Source of the DNA: an uncultured delta proteobacterium
GTDB taxonomy: Bacteria > Desulfobacterota > Binatia > HRBIN30 > BPIQ01
NCBI GenBank assembly: GCA_963761335.1
Contig: CAVXGR010000018.1
Coordinates: 640,001-704,000, forward strand
Length of the DNA stretch: 64,000 nt
Reading direction: 5' to 3'
The position numbers were made by a program, and so were the translations under genes. Shown in pieces: positions 47,307-57,064 of the stretch (positions are counted from its first letter, which is position 1; every line of letters begins with the position of its first letter). The notes beneath the pieces were generated by a model. It had not been told where the DNA came from, did not search any database, and saw only the letters and a program-made list of their open reading frames with translations.

Positions 47307-47987
47307 GTGGCGCATGTACTGGTAGTCGACGATGACGGTCACATTCGCGAGGTCGTGCGCTTCGCCCTCGAGAAGGCGGGCCATCGCGTCTCTGAAGCGG
47401 CCGATGGGCACGAGGCGCTGTCCCTGCTCCGCGAGCGGCCGGTGGACATCGTCGTCCTCGACATCATCATGCCCGAGCAGGACGGCCTCGAGGTGTGCCG
47501 CCGGTTGCGCGAGCGCAGCCAGGTGCCGATCCTCTTTCTCTCCAGCCGTGACGACGAGATCGATCGGGTTCTCGGGTTGGAGATCGGCGCCGATGACTAC
47601 GTCACCAAACCCTTCAGCCCGCGCGAGCTGGTCGCCCGGGTCAAGGCGCTGCTGCGGCGGGTCTCGCCGAGCACCGAGGAGCCGGAGCAGATGCCGCTGC
47701 GGCGCGACAGCCTGGTGCTCGATCCACAGCGCTATCGCTGCTACTGGGCGGAGACCGAGGTGATCCTCACGGTCACCGAGTTCGGGCTGCTGCGCTCCCT
47801 CATGGGAACTCCGGGGCGCGTCTACTCGCGAGACGAGCTCGTCGACCGCGCCTGGGGGCATGGGCATCACATCACCGAGCGCACCATCGACAGCCACATC
47901 CGCCGCATCCGCAAGAAGTTCGGAGAGCTCGGCGCCGATCCGATCGAAACGGTCTATGGCGTCGGCTATCGTCTCCGCGCCAGCTGA
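47307..47987 (+). CDS. OmpR-family response regulator (CreB/ChvI-like)
   Basis: VLVVDDD, GADDYVTKPFSPREL, RTIDSHIRRIRKK, TVYGVGY. Confidence 0.95.
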   Translation: MAHVLVVDDDGHIREVVRFALEKAGHRVSEAADGHEALSLLRERPVDIVVLDIIMPEQDGLEVCRRLRERSQVPILFLSSRDDEIDRVLGLEIGADDYVTKPFSPRELVARVKALLRRVSPSTEEPEQMPLRRDSLVLDPQRYRCYWAETEVILTVTEFGLLRSLMGTPGRVYSRDELVDRAWGHGHHITERTIDSHIRRIRKKFGELGADPIETVYGVGYRLRAS

Positions 47988-48016
47988 GAGATGATGCGCA
48001 TTCGCATCGGCGTCAA

Positions 48017-49567
48017 ATGAGACGCGGCCCGAGCATTCGCTACCTGCTGCTGATGGCGAATGCCTTCATCGTCATCGTGCCGGTGGCGGCAATCGTCTTC
48101 TTCCGCTTGTGGGACACGCACTTGGTGCGGGTCACCGAGGAGCGGCTGGCGGCCGAGTCGGTGCTGGTGGCGGAGAGCTGGCGCGACCTGCTGCGCCAGG
48201 AGCGGGGAGAAGGGGCGGCGGCGCCGTCGGCTCTGGCGGGGGCGAGCGACGAGGGCGAGTCGGTCGCCCCGATCGAGGCGACCCTCGATCTCAACTACGG
48301 CGTCATGCCCCCGGCGCCGCCGCCGACGCGCTTCGCGGCGGACCCCGGCAGCCCCGAATGGCGCGCCGGGCAACGGCTGCGGCCGCTGCTCGCGCGCGCT
48401 CGGCGCGAGAACCTCGGCGGGATTCGAATTCTCGACGCCCAGGGCTGTGTGGTCGCCTCCACCGCCGGAGATCAGGGCGCCTGTCTCGACTATCTCGAAG
48501 AGGTTCGCACGGCCCTCCGCGGTCACTACGCGGCGGTGGCCCGGCAGCGCTTTGCGCACAACCCGTTGCTGCCGCTGAATCCCTTCGGGCGCAGCGGCGC
48601 GGTGCGCGTCTACACCGCCATCCCGGTCTTCGCCGCTGGGCGAGTCATCGGCGCGGTGCGCATGTCGCGCACCAGCAGCAGCCCGCTCGAGGCCTTCTGG
48701 AAGTACCGCTACACCGTGCTGCTCGGCATCTTCGGGCTGCTGCTGCTGATGGCCACGGTGAGCTTCTTCTTCTCGCGCGCCATCTCCCGGCCGGTGAAGG
48801 CGATCACGCGGGCGGCCGAGGCGATCGCCCGGGGAGAGCCGGCGCACCGTTTCGAATGGAAGGGAATCGCACCGCTCGAGGTGCACGCGCTGAGCCTCGC
48901 CCTGAACCGGATGACGCGGCAGCTCACCGATCGCGCCGCCTACATCGCCGGGTTCGCCGCCAACGTCAGCCATGAGCTGAAGACGCCGATCACCGGGATC
49001 CGCGGCGCCGTCGAGCTGCTGCGCGACGAATGGGACGAGATGTCGGAGGAGCAGCGCCAGCGTTTTCTCCGCAACATCGACGGCGACGCCTCGCGCATGG
49101 AGCGGCTGGTGACGCGACTGCTGCAGCTGGCCCGCATTCAGAGCTCACCGGAGGGCGTCGAAACGGTCGACGTCGGCTCCTTCTTCGCGGAGCTGGGAGC
49201 GCGCTACGACGGCCGGGTGCGAATCGACCGCAGCGGCGCGCCGGGGTCGATCTGCATCAACGCCGATCATCTCGAGACCGCGGTGCGCAACCTGATCGAC
49301 AACGCCGTGCGCCACGGCGACGGCAAGCCGGTGGAGGTGACGGTGCGCGGTGGCGACGGTCGGCTGGTCATCGGCGTGCGCGACTACGGCTCGGGAATCA
49401 GCGCCGGCAACCAGAAGCGCCTGTTCGAGCGTTTCTTCACCACTGAGCGCGATCGCGGCGGCACCGGCCTTGGCCTCGCCATCGTCCAGGCGGTCGCCGA
49501 GACCCGTGGCGGCAGCATCGTCTTCGAGACCGGCGCCGAGGGGACGACCTTCGTTCTGACGGTGTGA
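48017..49567 (+). CDS. sensor histidine kinase with HAMP (CreC/ChvG-like)
   Basis: Two TMs; SHELKTPITGI, NLIDNA, DYGSGI, GGTGLGL. Confidence 0.94.
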   Translation: MRRGPSIRYLLLMANAFIVIVPVAAIVFFRLWDTHLVRVTEERLAAESVLVAESWRDLLRQERGEGAAAPSALAGASDEGESVAPIEATLDLNYGVMPPAPPPTRFAADPGSPEWRAGQRLRPLLARARRENLGGIRILDAQGCVVASTAGDQGACLDYLEEVRTALRGHYAAVARQRFAHNPLLPLNPFGRSGAVRVYTAIPVFAAGRVIGAVRMSRTSSSPLEAFWKYRYTVLLGIFGLLLLMATVSFFFSRAISRPVKAITRAAEAIARGEPAHRFEWKGIAPLEVHALSLALNRMTRQLTDRAAYIAGFAANVSHELKTPITGIRGAVELLRDEWDEMSEEQRQRFLRNIDGDASRMERLVTRLLQLARIQSSPEGVETVDVGSFFAELGARYDGRVRIDRSGAPGSICINADHLETAVRNLIDNAVRHGDGKPVEVTVRGGDGRLVIGVRDYGSGISAGNQKRLFERFFTTERDRGGTGLGLAIVQAVAETRGGSIVFETGAEGTTFVLTV

Positions 49568-49649
49568 CCGGTCTCTTCAGCCGCTTTTCGGGTCCCCTTG
49601 CTCGGCACCTGCCGCCGCAGTACGCCAGTGGCGCAGGAAGGAGGACGTA

Positions 49650-50087
49650 ATGTCGCTGGCGATGACGAAGGAGGAGCGTGAGGCTTTCCTGGCGGAGATG
49701 CACGTGGGCATCCTCAGCATTAGCGACGCCAGCCGTGGCCCCCTCACCGTGCCGATCTGGTACAGCTACTGCCCGGGCGAAGAGGTGCGGATGGTCACCG
49801 GAGGGAGCTCGCGCAAGGCGCGGCTGCTGCGCGCCGCCGGCCGCGCCAGCCTCTGCGTGCAGACGGAGACGCCGCCCTACAAGTACGTCAGCGTCGAGGG
49901 CCCGGTGGTCGTCGGAGAACCGCCGGACCCGGAACGCGACGTTCGCCAGATGGCGCACCGCTACCTCGGAGCGCAGATGGGAGACATGTACCTGCAGATG
50001 ACCGAAGCGGCGCGCCAGCAGAGTATTCTGGTGCGCCTTCGTCCGCAGCGCTGGCTGAGCGTCGACTACACCAAGATGGGGGCATAG
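49650..50087 (+). CDS. pyridoxamine 5'-phosphate oxidase (PPOX) family protein, possibly F420-binding
   Basis: EEREAFL..HVGILSI, PLTVPIWY, YKYVSVEG. Confidence 0.85.
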   Translation: MSLAMTKEEREAFLAEMHVGILSISDASRGPLTVPIWYSYCPGEEVRMVTGGSSRKARLLRAAGRASLCVQTETPPYKYVSVEGPVVVGEPPDPERDVRQMAHRYLGAQMGDMYLQMTEAARQQSILVRLRPQRWLSVDYTKMGA

Positions 50088-50093
50088 GGCGAC

Positions 50094-50966
50094 TCACTTG
50101 CGCCGCGGCGGGCGGCCGCCCTTCGGCGTCTTGGCGGGCAACGTCTGCGACAGCAGCTTTCCCGCGGTGGTCATCCAGGCAATCAGGGTGTCGGCGAGGG
50201 CCGGCGCCATGGCGCCGAGCAGCTCGATGGTGGCGCTGCCGGGCGGCACCGAGATCTCCCGCAGCCGAAACCGCACTGCCAGAAGGATGGCCGCGACCAC
50301 CCAATCCGCCGGCATGTTCAGCAGCGCCGGCCACGTCGGCAGCACCTCTCCTTGCTCGATGTCGCGTGCCATCGGCGTGTCGACCACGCCCGGGAGGACG
50401 AGGCCCACGTGGATGTACGAGGGCGCCTCGGTGCGCAGCGCCTCGGTCATGCCGATCAGCCCGAACTTGGTGGCGCAGTAGCCTCCGAGCGGCGTGACGC
50501 CGCGGCGGCCGCCGAGCGAGGCGACATTGACGATCGATCCGCCTTTCTGGCGCTCCATTACCGGCAGGGTCGCCTGCATCATGAACAGAGCGCCGAATAG
50601 GTTGACCTTCAGCATCGCCTCCAGGTCGGCGGCGCGCAGCTTGGCCACCGTCGACGGAATGAGGATGCCGGCGTTGTTGATCAGGCAGTCGATCCGTCCC
50701 CATTTGCGCACCGTGGCGGCGACCGCCTTGTGCGCCGAGCGAGGGTCGCCGACGTCGGTCGGCAGTACCAGCGTGCGGCCGTCGTCGCCGATCGCCGCGG
50801 CGAGGTCATCGAGCCGATCCCGGCGGCGCGCCGCCAGCGCCACCGAGGCACCCTGCTTGCCGAAGCGCCGCGCCGCCTCGCGGCCGATGCCGCTCGACGC
50901 CCCGGTGATCAGGATCACCTGATTGCGCAGCGAGCCGATGAGGGGGAGAACGCGATCGATCAGCAT
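50094..50966 (-). CDS. short-chain dehydrogenase/reductase
   Basis: TGASSGIG, NNAG, YCATK. Confidence 0.93.
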   Translation of the reverse strand: MLIDRVLPLIGSLRNQVILITGASSGIGREAARRFGKQGASVALAARRRDRLDDLAAAIGDDGRTLVLPTDVGDPRSAHKAVAATVRKWGRIDCLINNAGILIPSTVAKLRAADLEAMLKVNLFGALFMMQATLPVMERQKGGSIVNVASLGGRRGVTPLGGYCATKFGLIGMTEALRTEAPSYIHVGLVLPGVVDTPMARDIEQGEVLPTWPALLNMPADWVVAAILLAVRFRLREISVPPGSATIELLGAMAPALADTLIAWMTTAGKLLSQTLPAKTPKGGRPPRRK

Positions 50967-50987
50967 CGTCGTTCTCCGCCCCCCGCT

Positions 50988-51833
50988 TCACCTGCTACCG
51001 GACGCTTCGGCGAGGAAGGTGAGCACCTCACGGTTGAAGATTTCCGGGGTCTCGAAGTTGAAGCCGTGGCTGCCGCCGGGCACCTTGACGAGCTTGGCGC
51101 CGGGGATATTGCGCGCCAGGATGTCGGAGTTGGCGGGTGGAATCAGGCGGTCGGCATCGCCGGTGATCACCAGCGTGGGGACCTGGATCTGGTGCAGGCG
51201 GTCGGTCGCCCGGTGCGACATTACCGCCGCCACCTGGCCGACGATCGCCTCGAGGCTGAAGCCGTACTGCAACGCACCCGAGAACACCTCCATCAGCTTC
51301 GGCAGCTCGTGCTCGATGTACTCAGGATTGAAGACGGTCGGCAGCAGATGCTGGAAGAAGCTGAGCGGGTCGATGGCGTTGACGTCGATGCGCATCTCGC
51401 CGCCGGCGCCGAGCGAGCCGCCGAACTGGGACAGCGAGAACTCGCGCTGGCGCTCGATGTCGGCGTCGGGCTCGGGATAGGTACAGCCGAGCACCAGGCT
51501 GCGCACCCGCCGCGGGTGGCGGAGCGCCAGCTCCTGGGCGATCATGCCGCCCATGGAGACGCCGACGACGTGGGCGCGGTCGATCTTCAGGTGCTCGAGC
51601 AGGCCGGCGGCGTCGTCCGCCATCTGGTGAATGGAGTACGGGCCGGGAGGCTTGCTGCTGCGGCCGACGCCGCGATTGTCGAAGACGATCGTGCGGTAGT
51701 GCTTGGAGAAGTCCGGCAGCTGGAACATCCAGGCGGTCGAGTCGGCGGCCAGCCCCATGATCAGCAGCAGCGGCTCGCCGCTGCCGTGCTCCTCGTAATA
51801 CAGCTCGATCGAATCGACTCTGGTCATCGGCAT
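50988..51833 (-). CDS. alpha/beta-fold hydrolase
   Basis: FDNRGVGRS, GVSMGG nucleophile elbow, catalytic D and H near the C-terminus. Confidence 0.93.
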   Translation of the reverse strand: MPMTRVDSIELYYEEHGSGEPLLLIMGLAADSTAWMFQLPDFSKHYRTIVFDNRGVGRSSKPPGPYSIHQMADDAAGLLEHLKIDRAHVVGVSMGGMIAQELALRHPRRVRSLVLGCTYPEPDADIERQREFSLSQFGGSLGAGGEMRIDVNAIDPLSFFQHLLPTVFNPEYIEHELPKLMEVFSGALQYGFSLEAIVGQVAAVMSHRATDRLHQIQVPTLVITGDADRLIPPANSDILARNIPGAKLVKVPGGSHGFNFETPEIFNREVLTFLAEASGSR

Positions 51834-51952
51834 CGTCTGCGATCCTCCGCGTTCCCGAAATTCGGCGGGATCCTACCAGAAGTCATCACGGCGGCGATAG
51901 AGGCGCAGCGGCGGGGTCGGCCCCGCGGCTGCGCCAATGACAATGGAGATGC

Positions 51953-53884
<1,932 letters not shown>

Positions 53885-54008
53885 GCAGAAGGCTCCTCCC
53901 AGTGACGCATAGTAGTCCGCCAGGCGAGGCGATCAATCGAAAAGGAGGCGAGGCGTTGCCTGCGCCCCTCCGGGGCGATCTGCCCCTGCCCCCTGCCGGT
54001 TCTCGGAG

Positions 54009-54034
54009 TGAACCTTTTCCCTCGCCGCGGCGTA
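54009..54034 (+). promoter_or_regulatory. ECF promoter TGAACC-N16-CGTA (SigW-like)
   Basis: Exact 16-nt spacing, 32 bp upstream of the first gene of an operon that encodes an ECF sigma. Confidence 0.72.
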
Positions 54035-54066
54035 TTACGCTTTGAGAGCAACGAGAGGAGGGAGAG

Positions 54067-54462
54067 ATGTCCGAAATGAAGCCGTGTCCCTTTTGTGGCG
54101 AATCCATCCGCGCCGAGGCCATTCGCTGCCGGTACTGCCGCAGCCGCCTGACGTCCTTCGACGCCGAACGCTGGCACCGCAGCCATCCCGATGCCCGGCT
54201 CGCCGGCGTGGCATCGGCGCTGTCGCGCTCCCTGGCCGTGCCGGTGGCCGCGGTGCGCCTCGGCTTCGTGCTGCTCACCTTCTTCCACCTGATCGGCGTG
54301 GTTCTCTACGGGGTGCTGTGGGTGGTGATCCCGCCGCGGCCGGGGCAGGAGTCGCTGCTGGAGAGCGCCTTGCACGAGGCTCTGGCTCTGGCGCGGCGGC
54401 TGAGCGGGCGCCGCAACGGGCCGCCGCCTCCACCGCGCGCCTGGGAGCCGTCATCGGACTAA
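54067..54462 (+). CDS. zinc-ribbon + PspC domain protein
   Basis: CPFCGE..CRYC, then ARLAGVASAL..VRLGFV..YGVLWVVIP. Confidence 0.88.
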   Translation: MSEMKPCPFCGESIRAEAIRCRYCRSRLTSFDAERWHRSHPDARLAGVASALSRSLAVPVAAVRLGFVLLTFFHLIGVVLYGVLWVVIPPRPGQESLLESALHEALALARRLSGRRNGPPPPPRAWEPSSD

Positions 54463-54480
54463 TCGTGCTATGCGGGGGCG

Positions 54481-54999
54481 ATGGCGACCGATGAGGATCT
54501 CGTTCTCCAGATGGCAAACGGGGACGAGCCGGCGCTGCGCGAGCTTCTGCGGCGCTATCAGCAGCCTCTCGGTCACTTCATCCACCGCCACACGGGCGGC
54601 GCCGATGTCGAGGACATCTTCCAGGAGACCTGGCTGCGCGTGGTGCGGAACGCCTCGCGCTTCGATGTCTCCAAACGCTTCTCGACCTGGCTCTTCCAGA
54701 TCGCCGTCAACCTCTGTCGCGACTGGCGGCGGCGTCCGCCGCCGGAGGCGATCGGGGCGCCGCCCGCGGAGGGCGGAGCGACTGCGGATCTCGGCGCCGC
54801 CGAGATCCGCATGGATGCCGCGCGGCTCCTCCAGGGGCTGCCCGAGAAGCAGCGCGAGGCCTTGATCTTGCGGTATTACAACGACCTGAGCGAGCAGGAG
54901 ACGGCGACGGTGCTGGACTGCCCGGTGGGCACGGTGAAGAGCCGGGTGCACGGGGCGCTGGCGCGGCTCGCCGATCTGATCCGCAGAGAAGAGACATGA
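54481..54999 (+). CDS. ECF RNA polymerase sigma factor
   Basis: EDIFQETWL, FSTWLFQIAVNLCRD, GTVKSRVH. Confidence 0.94.
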   Translation: MATDEDLVLQMANGDEPALRELLRRYQQPLGHFIHRHTGGADVEDIFQETWLRVVRNASRFDVSKRFSTWLFQIAVNLCRDWRRRPPPEAIGAPPAEGGATADLGAAEIRMDAARLLQGLPEKQREALILRYYNDLSEQETATVLDCPVGTVKSRVHGALARLADLIRREET

Positions 55000-55454
55000 C
55001 GGACGACTCCCACGAGCGCCGCATCGCCGGGATCCCGGCACAGCTGCGCCAACATGCCCGCGAGTGCGACGATTGTCGGGCGGCGCCTCTGCCGCTGGAG
55101 AACATCGCGGCGGCTCTGTCCGAGGAGAGCCGGCTCGACCTCGAGGCGCTGTCCTTCCAGGTGATGGTGCGCCTGCGGCCGGAGCTGGAGCGACGCGCGG
55201 CTGCGGCCAGCAGGCGGCGCTTGCTGATCGCGTTGCTGCTGTCGCTGTTGCCGCTGCCTCTGGTGGTGGCCTTCGACGCCGCCTTCCTGGCGGTGGTGTA
55301 CGAGGTGGCGCAAGCGCTCGTTCCCGGCGGCGTCGCCGCCTATGCGGTGCTCAGCTACGGTGCCTTTCTGCTCCTGCTCTTCGCCTCCACGTACGCGGCG
55401 GTTCCCGTCCTCATGGAAAAGGGTGGGATATCACCGCGTCCTGCGATCGGATGA
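54996..55454 (+). CDS. small membrane anti-sigma factor candidate (HxxxCxxC + two TM)
   Basis: HARECDDC and two hydrophobic segments; ATGA coupling to the sigma gene. Confidence 0.72.
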   Translation: MTDDSHERRIAGIPAQLRQHARECDDCRAAPLPLENIAAALSEESRLDLEALSFQVMVRLRPELERRAAAASRRRLLIALLLSLLPLPLVVAFDAAFLAVVYEVAQALVPGGVAAYAVLSYGAFLLLLFASTYAAVPVLMEKGGISPRPAIG

Positions 55455-55460
55455 TGCCCG

Positions 55461-55760
55461 ATGAAACGTTGCCCGTACTGTGCCGAAGAAATCCAGGATC
55501 AGGCAGTGAAGTGCCGCTACTGCGGCAGCCTGGTCGAGGGGCTGCCGCTGACGCAGACCTGGTATCGCCGTCGCCGCGGCAAGATGATTGCCGGCGTCTG
55601 CGCCGGCCTCGCCGAGCAGTTCGGCGTCTCGGTCACGGCGCTCCGCCTGGCAGCGGTGCTCTTCACGCTCATCGGCGGCTGGGGGCTGATCATCTACATC
55701 GTTCTCTGGGTGATCATGCCCTATCGCGACGCCGGCTACGGCGATCTGACGCCGCTATAG
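55461..55760 (+). CDS. zinc-ribbon + PspC domain protein (second paralog)
   Basis: CPYCAE..CRYC, then [14 protein letters not shown]...YIVLWVIMP. Confidence 0.9.
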   Translation: MKRCPYCAEEIQDQAVKCRYCGSLVEGLPLTQTWYRRRRGKMIAGVCAGLAEQFGVSVTALRLAAVLFTLIGGWGLIIYIVLWVIMPYRDAGYGDLTPL

Positions 55761-55779
55761 AAACGGGTCTCTCGGGGGG

Positions 55780-55918
55780 CGGTGACTCAGTGGCTCAGTT
55801 TCTCGGTCACTCGGAGGCCGGTGGCCGCTTGATTCACCGAGCCACTGAGCCACCGAGCCACCGAGCCAGCGAGCCACTGAGCCACCGAGTCACCGAGTCA
55901 CCGAGCTACCGAGGCACT
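55780..55918. repeat. inverted octamer arrays (CRGTGRCT-like x~5 / CACCGAGC-like x10)
   Basis: Ten tandem units CACYGAGY from 55835, preceded by degenerate reverse-complement units from 55780. Confidence 0.85.
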
Positions 55919-55923
55919 TTGAG

Positions 55924-56925
55924 TCACCAGCTGCGGGTCTCGCCGATGGAGAGAACCCAGGCGCGGTCTTCGCCGAGGCCGCGCCGGGCGGCGGCGGCGC
56001 GGAAGCGCCGCGGCGGCTCGTCGAGCGGCTCGTCGGTGAGGTCGAAGGTGCCGAAGTGCATGGCGACTACGTGGCGGGCGTGCAGGTCGACCGCCGCCTG
56101 GATCGCCTCTTCCGGATCGAGGTGGACGAAACGCATCATGGCGCGCGGATCGTAGGCGCCGATCGGCAGGGCGGCGACGTCGATGGGGCCGAAGCGATCG
56201 CCGATCTCACTGAAGCCGGAGAAGTAGCCGGTGTCTCCGGAGTGGTAGAACCGGGTCGTCGGTCCCTCGACCACGAAGCCGGCCCACAGGCGCTTGTCCT
56301 GATCGGTCAGCGAGCGACCGGAGAAGTGCTGCGCCGGAACGCAATGGACGCGCACCGTGCCCACGGCCACCTCGTCCCACCAGTCGAGCTCGATGGCCTC
56401 GCCTCCCGCCTCGCGGATGAGGTCGCCGAGACCCAGGGGAGTGATGATGCGGGTGCCCCGGCGGATCAGGGTGCGGATCGAGTCGAGGTCGGCGTGGTCG
56501 TAGTGGTCGTGTGAGACGAGGGCGAAGTCGACCGGCGGCAGCACCTCGAGGGGAACGCCCGGTTGTACCAGCCGCGCCGGCCCGGCGAAGGGCAGGGGGC
56601 TGGCGCGCTCGGAGAACATCGGATCGGTCAGGAAGGTGACGCCGTCCATGCGCACCAGGAAGGTGGCGTGTCCGATCCAGGTGATGCCGGGATTGTGCCG
56701 TAGGGCCTGGAGGTCATAGGGCACGCGCGGCGCGGCGCCGCCGCGCCCGACGAGCGACGTCCACGCCTTGCGCAGGAAGAACGGCAGCTGCACACCGATG
56801 AAGTCGCCGCGCTCGCCGTGCCCGGCGAGGTTGACGAAACGCCCGCCCTGGCGCGGCGCCCCGGCGGAAGCGTTCTGCGCGGCAGCCATACACATGATCG
56901 CAGCGGCGGGGATCAGATGGCGCAT
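55924..56925 (-). CDS. MBL-fold metallo-hydrolase (NAPE-PLD/RomA-like)
   Basis: TWIGHAT, SHDHYDHAD, PAQHFSGR, HSGDTGY, MHFGTF. Confidence 0.93.
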   Translation of the reverse strand: MRHLIPAAAIMCMAAAQNASAGAPRQGGRFVNLAGHGERGDFIGVQLPFFLRKAWTSLVGRGGAAPRVPYDLQALRHNPGITWIGHATFLVRMDGVTFLTDPMFSERASPLPFAGPARLVQPGVPLEVLPPVDFALVSHDHYDHADLDSIRTLIRRGTRIITPLGLGDLIREAGGEAIELDWWDEVAVGTVRVHCVPAQHFSGRSLTDQDKRLWAGFVVEGPTTRFYHSGDTGYFSGFSEIGDRFGPIDVAALPIGAYDPRAMMRFVHLDPEEAIQAAVDLHARHVVAMHFGTFDLTDEPLDEPPRRFRAAAARRGLGEDRAWVLSIGETRSW

Positions 56926-56932
56926 GATGAAA

Positions 56933-57055
56933 GGTGGCTCAGTGGCTCAGTGGCTCAGTGGCTCAGTGGCTCGAGTTGTCGGGTTGTTGGGGTTTTGCTG
57001 CGTCGAATTGTACTCGATAACCCTACAACCCGTAAACTCGCCAACCCGACAACCG
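56933..57055. repeat. compound octamer array: (A/G)GTGGCTC x5, GGGTTGTT-like x3, then inverse ACAACCCG-like x5
   Basis: Read directly from the sequence; the 8-nt period is kept across the change of unit. Confidence 0.85.
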
Positions 57056-57064
57056 AGAAACGTC

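Noticed and set aside
55780..55918. Possible CRISPR array
   Set aside because: The 8-nt units are contiguous with no unique spacers, and there are no cas genes.
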